Below, in pieces: positions 39,335 to 47,051 of a stretch of 62,076 nt of DNA. The notes beneath the pieces were generated by a model. It was not told the DNA's origin and ran no database searches. It was given only the letters and a program-made list of their open reading frames with translations. The stretch lies in IMG/VR virus record IMGVR_UViG_3300023235_000025. The stretch is one strand, 5' to 3'. The stretch is from a virus. Made by a program: the position numbers and the translations under genes. Position 1 is the first letter of the stretch; every line of letters starts with the position of its first letter.

Positions 39335-41367
39335 TGATACATGGGGAATATTTCAGAAATTTCCGTAATTTCCTCTTTATTTGCAACTTTTTGTTTCCTT
39401 ATTCTATCTGCCGCTATCAAACAAATGCCGGAACTCATGGATAAATCGAACTTTGTAGTGTTCGTTATATCAAATTTCAACCAATCAGTCACAAGCTCAG
39501 GGAAATCTACTTGATCTATACAATCTTCGATGTATTCTCTCGTGTGATTAACTATCGAATCGTGAGTCTGATCAGTAGTAGGTATTCCAGGTTCTTTTCT
39601 GTCAGGAAGATGGACCATAAAGTTAGATAGATTTAACCGAAATGGGTTTGACCACTCGAAATATTGAATGATCCCTTTTTTATTATCCTCCATTAGTATT
39701 TGGCACCCGAAGAACCACGCTATTTTTAGAGTGTCCTCATAAAATATTGATGGCTTTTTTGGCCTGAAGCAATAAACCAGTACAAATTTGTCCGATTTAT
39801 TTGGATTCATTGCATCAAACTTATAGAAAAGTACTGTTGATCCATTAGACTTTCGATTATCAACCGTTGTTTTATTATCGAAAGGGTCATTACCGCCTAT
39901 GAACTTGGCTTTATTTCTGGGTACAGGCTTGCTTCCAGCGACCTCTACATTATTCCATTCACCGCTATTGTAATCTACATCTTTGTGTAGTTTAAAATTC
40001 CCGTTCTTAGTGGGGACAAACTTAACCCCCTGCTTAATATCATCAGGGTCTATCCATCTAAGGTCTCCAACTACATACTTAGGGTCTAAAATAGAAAGAA
40101 CATCATACCTGTTCTCTAGCTTCTCTACATCATACTGGCAATCTGTAGACTTTGGCCTGAAGGCGTCTTTAATAGATAATGGGTACTTCCTCTTGTAATC
40201 CGATACGTCTTTTTGATTGTCTTTAAAACCATCAATAGTATTTTGAATAGTTTGAATGTTTTTCGCCCGGTCAGCATTTCCGTATTTATCAAGACTTCTT
40301 GTATCTGCTGCGCTAATGAAATACCTGTACAGCCCGGTAGTTGTGTGCCCGTTTCCGTCTCTATTTGCTGGGTCTGAGTCTTTCCAGAACTTCTCATAAG
40401 TTTCTAATTCTTTAGCTACTTCCTCCACGGTAGAAGTACAAAATTCTTTACCTATTATCCTTCCGGTCATGTTATCCACAAGACACTCTCTGACTACTTT
40501 GTGCCTGTCGTAGATATTTACCTCTTCGGTTTTGAATGCTTCATCAATCAAAATAGCCTGTACTTTTTCTCCATCGACTGCGTAAACTCCAGAGTTCCGG
40601 TAATCAATGCTAGACTCTAATTCTTCCTCAAAATCTTCTACGTTTATATTTTTACCTTTCCTAGAGGTGTGATAGAATCTTATTTCTGATTTTGGTATAG
40701 TTCCTGAACTCGTATCGAATACCGGCCTGAAAAAATGAGGAACCTTTCTGAAACACGACACAACCCCTTTTGAAAAAACCTTTTTAGCGTCGGCACCTGT
40801 CTTGCTCTGTATTGTTCCAAAAGCATTTTTCATTCTGCTTATTGGATCGTAAACGCATATTCCTCCGACGTAAGTTTTCCCGCTTCTACGAGGCCCAACC
40901 TCTACTCTTCCAAAACAACATGGATCATCCACCACATATTTTATATGGTAGAATCTATTCCTATCAAAGTTAAAATAACTTGGTAAACCAACATCTATTC
41001 TCCAATGTGTCAGGTAAAACCAATGAAGCCCCGTTATATAAGTGGCTACCCCATTATTCATGAACCAGAATCCATTTAGCCTTTTAAACCATTGCTCTTG
41101 CCTATAGGACTCGCATTCCTCTATGATAAAATCAGGGTTCTCAGTATTTAAAATAACCCTCTCTTCTTCCCTTCTTTTCTTTTTATACCATTCGGGTTCT
41201 TTTTCTGGCTCCCAATACTGGTCTTTCTTGCTTCTTGACCTTGAAAAAACACCCGTCTTTACCCATTTTTCAGTAAAATGATCCCACACGACTCCCTCTG
41301 GGGGAACCCACCCTGCTAATCCTTCTTGAAGATCTATGGGTGTTGCGTCTGGATGTTTTCTATACAT
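39331..41367 (-). CDS. terL: Terminase large subunit
   Basis: Walker A VGPRRSGKTYVGG. Walker B-like AILIDEAF. 678 aa, first gene of the structural operon. Confidence 0.85.
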   Translation of the reverse strand: MYRKHPDATPIDLQEGLAGWVPPEGVVWDHFTEKWVKTGVFSRSRSKKDQYWEPEKEPEWYKKKRREEERVILNTENPDFIIEECESYRQEQWFKRLNGFWFMNNGVATYITGLHWFYLTHWRIDVGLPSYFNFDRNRFYHIKYVVDDPCCFGRVEVGPRRSGKTYVGGICVYDPISRMKNAFGTIQSKTGADAKKVFSKGVVSCFRKVPHFFRPVFDTSSGTIPKSEIRFYHTSRKGKNINVEDFEEELESSIDYRNSGVYAVDGEKVQAILIDEAFKTEEVNIYDRHKVVRECLVDNMTGRIIGKEFCTSTVEEVAKELETYEKFWKDSDPANRDGNGHTTTGLYRYFISAADTRSLDKYGNADRAKNIQTIQNTIDGFKDNQKDVSDYKRKYPLSIKDAFRPKSTDCQYDVEKLENRYDVLSILDPKYVVGDLRWIDPDDIKQGVKFVPTKNGNFKLHKDVDYNSGEWNNVEVAGSKPVPRNKAKFIGGNDPFDNKTTVDNRKSNGSTVLFYKFDAMNPNKSDKFVLVYCFRPKKPSIFYEDTLKIAWFFGCQILMEDNKKGIIQYFEWSNPFRLNLSNFMVHLPDRKEPGIPTTDQTHDSIVNHTREYIEDCIDQVDFPELVTDWLKFDITNTTKFDLSMSSGICLIAADRIRKQKVANKEEITEISEIFPMYQ

Positions 41368-41384
41368 ATACCTACTGCTTTCTA

Positions 41385-41392
41385 CAAATATA
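41385..41392 (-). promoter_or_regulatory. -7 box TATATTTG (TAnnTTTG) for the structural operon
   Basis: Reverse complement of caaatata. Lies 17 nt upstream of the terL ATG. Confidence 0.5.
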
Positions 41393-41415
41393 GTAGGAAT
41401 GTTTAGAATTATAAT

Positions 41416-41423
41416 TATATTTG
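41416..41423 (+). promoter_or_regulatory. -7 box TATATTTG for the plus-strand arm
   Basis: Exact TAnnTTTG match in the divergent intergenic region. Confidence 0.5.
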
Positions 41424-41461
41424 TCTTATAGGCTCTTTTTCAATTAAGAACTCTATAGTAA

Positions 41462-41493
41462 AGCGAAGAGGTTTTCTGGTTTTCCTCTTCGCT
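41462..41493 (+). other. 10-bp perfect hairpin in the putative 5' leader
   Basis: AGCGAAGAGG, a 12-nt loop, then CCTCTTCGCT. Confidence 0.7.
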
Positions 41494-41526
41494 CTTTATC
41501 CTAAAAACCACAAAATCAGAAATCAG

Positions 41527-41721
41527 ATGAATAAAGAAAAACGAGCAAGGGTTAAAATCCTACCTAGCCAGTTTGGCTGTTCCGAATCGCATTTTAATTC
41601 CTACATTAAAGATAAGTCCCTTCTTGTTACTAAAGAATACTCATCCATGATTACTGTCGTGGACGAAAAGGGAGAGGAATGGAATCTGTTCAACGGAAAC
41701 TACACAATAGCTACATCATGA
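41527..41721 (+). CDS. Hypothetical protein
   Basis: 64-aa ORF. Confidence 0.45.
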   Translation: MNKEKRARVKILPSQFGCSESHFNSYIKDKSLLVTKEYSSMITVVDEKGEEWNLFNGNYTIATS

Positions 41722-41873
41722 GCATCGAAACTGAAAACAAAAGCGGATGGATGCCTGTAAAACTATTCGCTAAAAAGAAGGAAGTGACTATTCAAGCTGT
41801 CTATCAGGCAATAAAAAGAGGTTCCTACGAAAGTAAAAGGACCGAAGGGTATCCTGTAATGGTAAGAGAGTAA
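41718..41873 (+). CDS. Small helix-turn-helix protein (excisionase/AlpA-like)
   Basis: 51 aa: WMPVKLFAKKKEVTIQAVYQAIKRGSY. ATGA overlap with the upstream ORF. Confidence 0.5.
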   Translation: MSIETENKSGWMPVKLFAKKKEVTIQAVYQAIKRGSYESKRTEGYPVMVRE

Positions 41874-41918
41874 TTTTTTTTAATTAAATTGTTTAAAATT
41901 TTAAACCAGTAAATAAAT

Positions 41919-42194
41919 ATGAAGCGAAAAAAAATACCTGAATGGGAACACATAACCGACTATAGACCATTTGAAAGAAAAACCTATGAGTTTGATTTTA
42001 GCCTTGGAAATGATAGAGATGGAACTACACATTTTAAGCCAACAGATATAAGAGGTGAAAGATTGGCTGCATTAAATTACGCTCGTGAAATAGTAATAGA
42101 CCCTTGTAACTCTAAATGGCTCGAAAGAAGAAAATTAACAGACTCTTTTCAAATGGGCGTTGAATATGCTAGACGTTACTTAAATAATGGCTAA
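41919..42194 (+). CDS. Hypothetical protein
   Basis: 91-aa ORF. Its stop codon lies inside a GCTAACG box. Confidence 0.5.
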   Translation: MKRKKIPEWEHITDYRPFERKTYEFDFSLGNDRDGTTHFKPTDIRGERLAALNYAREIVIDPCNSKWLERRKLTDSFQMGVEYARRYLNNG

Positions 42195-42200
42195 CGAATA

Positions 42201-42235
42201 GCTATAAGAGCCGTTTTTTCAATGGCTTTTATAGC
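42201..42235 (+). other. 12-bp hairpin preceding the left inverted repeat of the Dcm cassette
   Basis: GCTATAAGAGCC, an 11-nt loop, then GGCTTTTATAGC (11 of 12 pairs). Confidence 0.7.
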
Positions 42236-42237
42236 GT

Positions 42238-42252
42238 GTTACCTGCTGGTGC
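42238..42252. repeat. Left inverted repeat GTTACCTGCTGGTGC flanking the C5-MTase gene
   Basis: Pairs with 43456-43470. The same motif flanks the MTase at 1451..2266. Confidence 0.85.
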
Positions 42253-42280
42253 GGTATTGATAATAACAAAACTTTGAACA

Positions 42281-43456
42281 ATGACGAAACTTAGTAATAA
42301 TATTTTTTTGAGCGATGGCAAATTAGGCCATAGCCTAAAACACGGATCTCTTTTCTCTGGAATAGGTGGTTTTGATTTAGCAGCTCAATGGATGGGATGG
42401 GAGAATATCTTCCATTGCGAATGGAACGAGTTTGGTCAAAAAATACTAAAACATTACTGGCCTAAAGCAATATCTTATGAAGACATTACCAAAACAGACT
42501 TCTCTATTCATAGAGGAAAAATCGACATCCTTACAGGAGGTTTCCCCTGCCAACCTTATTCATCAGCAGGTAAAAGACTTGGTAAGGAAGACGATAGACA
42601 TCTCTGGCCGCAAATGCTTAGAGCAATTCGAGAGATTCAGCCCAGGTATATCGTGGGAGAAAACGTTTATGGACTCACTAATTGGAATGGAGGATTGGTT
42701 TTCAACGAGGTGCAAACTGACTTGGAAAATGAAGGGTACAAAGTACAACCGTGTATTCTTCCAGCTGCTGCCGTCAACGCTCCCCATAGAAGAGATAGAG
42801 TTTGGTTTGTGGCCTACGCCAACGAGCGTACAACAGGACCATCCCGAACGAGTGGAAAAACTGAAAGCGACTGGAGCAAAAACAATGATGAGCAGAGCTG
42901 CGGGAGAAAACAGACCGAACAGCATAATAGATGCAGCAATGTTTTACAACTTACTTCCAACCCCAGTAGTAATGGACACAAATTGCGGAGACCTGGAGAA
43001 AATAGACAAACGAAGAGAGAGAGCAAAAGCAAAGGGGATAAACGGGAACGGCTTTGGAATGACGATTGGCGAAATGGCAAACAGGAAAATGTTACCGACA
43101 CCTGCAATGAGAGATTACAAAGGAGGAAACTCGATGGAACACTTGACAAGAAAGCCAAAAAGCAAAGGGAACAGCCATCAGGATCAGCTACCGAACGCCA
43201 TCAAATTACAGACTGGGAGCAATGGCCAACTCAATCCCCAATTTGTGGCCGAAATGATGGGTTTTCCAACCAACTGGACGGAATTACCTTTCCTAAATGG
43301 CGACAAGAATCAATTAAAGGATATGGAAACGCAATAGTACCGCAAGTTGCATATCAAATCTTTAAAGCTCTTATGGCAACGGAAGCAAAAGAAGGGAGAA
43401 AAAAAATATTATTACGGGCTGATAAACACGAACCTTCAAGTTTAGCACAAACTTAG
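42281..43456 (+). CDS. dcm: DNA (cytosine-5)-methyltransferase (frame A)
   Basis: Motif I LFSGIGGFD, motif IV GGFPCQPYS, motif VI VGENV, motif VIII PHRRDRVWFVAY, motif X GYGNAIVPQVA. The interior of about 150 codons is low complexity. Confidence 0.85.
   Translation: MTKLSNNIFLSDGKLGHSLKHGSLFSGIGGFDLAAQWMGWENIFHCEWNEFGQKILKHYWPKAISYEDITKTDFSIHRGKIDILTGGFPCQPYSSAGKRLGKEDDRHLWPQMLRAIREIQPRYIVGENVYGLTNWNGGLVFNEVQTDLENEGYKVQPCILPAAAVNAPHRRDRVWFVAYANERTTGPSRTSGKTESDWSKNNDEQSCGRKQTEQHNRCSNVLQLTSNPSSNGHKLRRPGENRQTKRESKSKGDKRERLWNDDWRNGKQENVTDTCNERLQRRKLDGTLDKKAKKQREQPSGSATERHQITDWEQWPTQSPICGRNDGFSNQLDGITFPKWRQESIKGYGNAIVPQVAYQIFKALMATEAKEGRKKILLRADKHEPSSLAQT
42477..43337 (+). CDS. Nested +1-frame ORF (286 codons) with MTase target-recognition/motif-IX-like sequence
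   Basis: LWPTPTS, LLPTPVVMD, MLPTPAMRDYKGG and LNPQFVAEMMGFPTNWTEL, lying entirely inside the dcm ORF. Status unresolved: separate product, frameshift segment or split enzyme. Confidence 0.45.
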   Translation: MKTLPKQTSLFIEEKSTSLQEVSPANLIHQQVKDLVRKTIDISGRKCLEQFERFSPGISWEKTFMDSLIGMEDWFSTRCKLTWKMKGTKYNRVFFQLLPSTLPIEEIEFGLWPTPTSVQQDHPERVEKLKATGAKTMMSRAAGENRPNSIIDAAMFYNLLPTPVVMDTNCGDLEKIDKRRERAKAKGINGNGFGMTIGEMANRKMLPTPAMRDYKGGNSMEHLTRKPKSKGNSHQDQLPNAIKLQTGSNGQLNPQFVAEMMGFPTNWTELPFLNGDKNQLKDMETQ

Positions 43457-43470
43457 CACTTGCAGGTAAC
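43456..43470. repeat. Right inverted repeat GCACTTGCAGGTAAC flanking the C5-MTase gene
   Basis: Starts at the last base of the stop codon. Reverse complement is GTTACCTGCAAGTGC. Confidence 0.85.
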
Positions 43471-43512
43471 TGCTGGGTGTATGGTTAGTGCGACTTAATT
43501 AAAATAAATATT

Positions 43513-43761
43513 ATGAAAGGAATGACAGATTGGAATAAACTTACAATGGAACAGTACATTGAACATTTGGAAGAGAAATTTAAGTTTGATTCAAGCGGTA
43601 CAGCAAAAGCCGTATTTGAATTGATAGCAGGATATAGAGCATTAACTATACAACGTGTTAGCGTTATGTTGTGTGGCTCTTTTGACGCTGACCTTAGTAC
43701 AAGCAGTGCAACTAAATGTAAATGCGGACGTGAAAAATGGGAACACCCTAAAGCCACATAA
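43513..43761 (+). CDS. Hypothetical protein
   Basis: 82-aa ORF. Confidence 0.5.
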   Translation: MKGMTDWNKLTMEQYIEHLEEKFKFDSSGTAKAVFELIAGYRALTIQRVSVMLCGSFDADLSTSSATKCKCGREKWEHPKAT

Positions 43762-43844
43762 TTGTTGCTAACTCGTTTATAAACGCATTACACAATTCAA
43801 CACATCAAAAAATCAAATCTTAAATTCAATAGAAAAACCAGATG
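43761..43844 (+). repeat. Diverged third copy of the 80-bp upstream module
   Basis: attgttgctaactcgtttataaacgcattacac...cttaaattcaatagaaaaaccagATG aligns with 8968-9047 and 60735-60814 at roughly 70% identity by eye. Confidence 0.6.
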
Positions 43845-44564
43845 GCTTTAAAATTCAGTACAATAAACCACGATTACAGAAAAGAGAACAATATTTCATG
43901 CAACGAATATGTGTTGTGTGACATGATTTATTTTCTTTCAAGACATCCAAACTCAAAACATCCAGGATGGTGCTATATGTCCCGACAGAGGATGGCAGAT
44001 GAAATGGGAGTGTCAAAGGTGGCTACCATAGGAATGATTTCTAGATCGGAAGAAAAAGGGCTAGTTTACAAAGACCCTGACACTAAGTTTTTAAAAACTA
44101 CTTCCAAATGGAATGAATGTTATGGATTACCTGATTTAAAAGACTCGGTAAAGAAAGTTAACCAGCAATCGGTAAAGAAACTTAACCGAGGTGGTAAAGA
44201 AAGTTTACCGATTATCGGTAAAGAAAGTTTACCCTATATTAAAGATATTAATATTAATAATGATATAAAGCAAATTTCTAATGAGAAATCTTTGGAAGAA
44301 ATTGAAAAAGAGAAGCACAATGACATTTTCAGGTCAATGTTCTCCAGTCAGATGTGGATAGAATCGCTCTCTATGAGGTGGAAAAAGAATGTAAAAGAGG
44401 TTCAAGCACACGTAGATGTATTTAGAAGGGATTGTATTGATAAAGGGGATTACAAAAAGACAGAAAAGGACGCCAAATCACACTTTGTTAATTGGACAGA
44501 GAAAGTAAGCCCTATCTCATCGGTAACTAAAAGAGTAATATTTAAAGGAAATAACAATGAGTAA
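43842..44564 (+). CDS. Putative replication initiator (winged-helix N-terminus) containing the iteron array
   Basis: 240 aa. wHTH-like MSRQRMADEMGVSKVATIGMISRSEEKGLV. Lies directly upstream of and overlaps dnaB. Internal peptide repeats are encoded by the iterons. Confidence 0.6.
   Translation: MALKFSTINHDYRKENNISCNEYVLCDMIYFLSRHPNSKHPGWCYMSRQRMADEMGVSKVATIGMISRSEEKGLVYKDPDTKFLKTTSKWNECYGLPDLKDSVKKVNQQSVKKLNRGGKESLPIIGKESLPYIKDININNDIKQISNEKSLEEIEKEKHNDIFRSMFSSQMWIESLSMRWKKNVKEVQAHVDVFRRDCIDKGDYKKTEKDAKSHFVNWTEKVSPISSVTKRVIFKGNNNE
44146..44233. repeat. Four 18-bp iterons YGGTAAAGAAASTTWACC
   Basis: Copies start at 44146, 44170, 44192 and 44216 (spacings 24/22/24). Copies 3 and 4 are palindromic, GGTAAA-N5-TTTACC. 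An AT-rich tract follows at 44234-44290. Confidence 0.85.
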
Positions 44565-45975
44565 TAACCAGTTAGGTAAAATACCTCCGCAGTCAGTCGA
44601 GATGGAAGAGGCTGTATTGGCAGCCTTGATGCTAGATAAAGACGCCATAGTTCCAGTTTTGAGTATTTTAGCTCCAGAAAAGTTCTATAAAGATGCCCAT
44701 TGCATTATTTACAAATCTATAATGCAATTATTTACAGCTGGAGAACCGATTGACTTACTAACCGTTGTCAATAAATTGAGAAAAAACGGAGAGTTAGAAA
44801 TCGCTGGTGGTGTAATCTATATAACCGAATTAACCTCAAAGGTTTCTTCTGCTGAAAACATTGAATATCATTCCAGGATAATTGCCGAGCAGTCAATGAG
44901 AAGGATGATAATATCCATGGCATCAAAAGCTCAAGCATCTGCCTACTCCGAAGAAGAAGACGTATTTGAATTGATAGATAAAATATCTTCCGATGTTTTA
45001 AATATTAGTTCATCTGTAAACGAAACTAAATCCAAAACAGTAAGAAGTATTATTCCTTCAGTTATAGAAGCTATTAAAAAGGCTTCTGAAGATGATAATA
45101 ACCTGACGGGTATTGATACCGGATACCCTTTAGTTAATCAACTTACGGGAGGATGGCAAGATACTAACCTAATTATAATAGCGGCTAGGCCGAGTATAGG
45201 TAAAAGTGATCTAGCTATCAACCTCACGGTTAATGCAGCTATAACAGGTAAAAAAGTGGCCTTATTCAGCTTAGAGATGTCAGACACCGAACTGGTCAAG
45301 CGAATAATATCAATAACTACTGAGTTATATAAGAATAAAATAAAAAGAGGGAACCTAACGCCGGAGGATTGGTCTCAGATAATGAAAATGAGGACAGAAG
45401 TGCTTGATAATATAATCATCCAGGATGATCACTCATTGACAACGAGTCAGCTTCGTGGAATATGCAAGAATTTAAAGCTAAAGCATGGGATTGATATGGT
45501 GGTTCTGGATTACTTACAGCTCATGTCCGGCGTTAAAAAAGGAGGCAATAGGGAGAATGAAGTAACTGAGATAAGCAGAGCATGTAAGGTTGTTGCTGGA
45601 GATATTAAAGTTCCGCTTATAGCGCTGTCTCAATTATCAAGAGCGGTAGAAAATAGAGGTGGAGATAAAAGGCCAATACTAGCTGATTTGAGAGAGTCAG
45701 GGGCCATTGAAAACGATGCGAATTTGGTTATATTCCCATATAGAGCTGAGAAATATGGTATAACCCAAGATGAAGACGGCAATTCCACTATTAACATAAT
45801 GGAACTTATATTCGCAAAACATAGAGATGGTGAATTAGGAAGTATTCCAACGAGGTATCTCCCGTCAATTGGGAAGATTTATAGCATTGGAGAAAACACA
45901 GAAGACCACCCCAAATACAACCCAGACAAATTCACCTCTTCTGGGCAGAATGATTTTGATGAGCCTAAATTTTAA
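44557..45975 (+). CDS. dnaB: Replicative DNA helicase DnaB
   Basis: N-terminal PPQSVEMEEAVLAALMLD. Walker A ARPSIGKSD. DYLQLM. SQLSRAVE. 472 aa. Confidence 0.92.
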   Translation: MSNNQLGKIPPQSVEMEEAVLAALMLDKDAIVPVLSILAPEKFYKDAHCIIYKSIMQLFTAGEPIDLLTVVNKLRKNGELEIAGGVIYITELTSKVSSAENIEYHSRIIAEQSMRRMIISMASKAQASAYSEEEDVFELIDKISSDVLNISSSVNETKSKTVRSIIPSVIEAIKKASEDDNNLTGIDTGYPLVNQLTGGWQDTNLIIIAARPSIGKSDLAINLTVNAAITGKKVALFSLEMSDTELVKRIISITTELYKNKIKRGNLTPEDWSQIMKMRTEVLDNIIIQDDHSLTTSQLRGICKNLKLKHGIDMVVLDYLQLMSGVKKGGNRENEVTEISRACKVVAGDIKVPLIALSQLSRAVENRGGDKRPILADLRESGAIENDANLVIFPYRAEKYGITQDEDGNSTINIMELIFAKHRDGELGSIPTRYLPSIGKIYSIGENTEDHPKYNPDKFTSSGQNDFDEPKF

Positions 45976-45991
45976 ACAAAACAATAAAACT

Positions 45992-46216
45992 ATGAAATTA
46001 AAAATAACCTTTAAAAAAGAATCTGAATTAACGGACGCCACTATTGAGGTAAAAGACCCTATTGAATTATTTTCTCAATTAAGTAATGATTGGATTATGA
46101 TTTACCCAACAAGTATTGGTGGTATAGAAACCACAGTAATGTATGTCAAATCAGGGGTTTTAATATTTAAACCCGAACACGTACTTCATATTGGCTCTGA
46201 ATTTGAATTTATTTAG
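45992..46216 (+). CDS. Hypothetical protein
   Basis: ATG at 45992, after the dnaB stop. The track start at 45869 overlaps dnaB. Confidence 0.5.
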   Translation: MKLKITFKKESELTDATIEVKDPIELFSQLSNDWIMIYPTSIGGIETTVMYVKSGVLIFKPEHVLHIGSEFEFI

Positions 46217-46248
46217 TAAATTAGCATATAAACATAAACATAAACATT

Positions 46249-46572
46249 ATGGTAAAGAAAAAGAGTGATCCGAAGTATGTATTTGAAAAAGCAAGGCCAA
46301 CGCCAAAGGCTAAGCCTAACAAATCCCCATCAGGTAAAACGAACAGTGTGAAAGATGTTCTTCCTACCAGGGACGGTATTTATAAGTTGGCTAAAAAAGG
46401 AACCGCTACTCCTATTAAAAAGGCGGCGCCAAAATCTACTGCTAAAAAAGTAAAGAGGCCAAGCAATCGAAAAGTTCAGTTTTCAAGTAGGCCTAAAGCG
46501 GAAAAGGCAATGAGGAAAAATGTTAAAGCTAAACAAAAAGGCAGAAGAGGTAAAAGTAGGTTTAATCGGTAA
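46249..46572 (+). CDS. Highly basic Lys/Pro/Ala-rich protein (possible DNA-binding)
   Basis: 107 aa, very Lys/Arg-rich by eye, low complexity. Confidence 0.55.
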   Translation: MVKKKSDPKYVFEKARPTPKAKPNKSPSGKTNSVKDVLPTRDGIYKLAKKGTATPIKKAAPKSTAKKVKRPSNRKVQFSSRPKAEKAMRKNVKAKQKGRRGKSRFNR

Positions 46573-46575
46573 GTC

Positions 46576-46797
46576 ATGAGCAAACAATCAGAAATTAAAG
46601 CTCATTTGCTTTCAGGACAGCCTATAACAGGATTATTAGCTATAGATTTGTACGGAGTTTATAGGTTATCCTCTACAATAAACAGGATAAGGAATCAGGG
46701 TGTAAAGGTAAAGACATCAATGATAATTGGAAGTGATGGGAAGACTATACATGCCAAATACTGGATTCAAATTAAAGATAGAAAAATAAATCAATAA
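46576..46797 (+). CDS. Small HTH protein (HTH_39-like)
   Basis: SGQPITGLLAIDLYGVYRLSSTINRIRNQGVKVKT. Confidence 0.5.
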   Translation: MSKQSEIKAHLLSGQPITGLLAIDLYGVYRLSSTINRIRNQGVKVKTSMIIGSDGKTIHAKYWIQIKDRKINQ

Positions 46798-46800
46798 TTA

Positions 46801-46831
46801 TTTGTTCTTTAAGAAATAATTACTACATTTG
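46801..46831 (+). promoter_or_regulatory. Bacteroidota-type promoter TTTG-N19-TACATTTG
   Basis: TTTG at 46801-46804, a 19-nt spacer, TAnnTTTG at 46824-46831. Confidence 0.65.
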
Positions 46832-46860
46832 TAAGGAAGGTTACGGTGTAGTAATTATTT
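46814..46860. promoter_or_regulatory. Perfect 14-bp inverted repeat overlapping the -7 box (candidate operator)
   Basis: AAATAATTACTACA at 46814-46827 and TGTAGTAATTATTT at 46847-46860, with a 19-nt spacer. Confidence 0.75.
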
Positions 46861-46886
46861 TAACTTTAAAGTTTAGGAATGTAAAC

Positions 46887-47051
46887 ATGGAAAAGGAAGA
46901 AGAAAAAGTAGTTCACTTTAATGCCTCCGCAACTCCATCTGAGATCAAAGAATTGGAAAAAATCTCAAAGAAAGTGCTAGGGCAAAAGAATAAAAGCGGA
47001 ATGATCCGATATTGGATAAACAAATACAAAAAACTAGAAAACTATGAATGA
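46887..47051 (+). CDS. Small ribbon-helix-helix-like protein (54 aa)
   Basis: ORF below the track cutoff: KVVHFNASATPSEIKELEKISKKVLGQKNKSGMIRYWINKY, a strand-helix-helix pattern like CopG/Arc. Confidence 0.4.
   Translation: MEKEEEKVVHFNASATPSEIKELEKISKKVLGQKNKSGMIRYWINKYKKLENYE

Noticed and set aside
40125-40397. Alternative-frame minus-strand ORF inside the terminase gene
   Set aside because: It is fully nested in terL in another frame. Its composition is low complexity (T/Q/G/L-rich) with no motif, and unlike the Dcm case it is short, with nothing protein-like.
42563-43158. Minus-strand ORFs 42563..42925 and 42814..43158 opposite the Dcm gene
   Set aside because: The segment is purine-rich on the plus strand, which depletes stop codons on the complement. 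The translations are Ser/Leu/Cys/Phe low complexity with no motif.
42795-43330. Programmed ribosomal frameshifting as the explanation for the two Dcm frames
   Set aside because: I found no X_XXY_YYZ heptamer or obvious stimulatory structure at either putative shift point. Both frames stay open far beyond what a simple A-B-A shift would need. It is kept as one hypothesis only.
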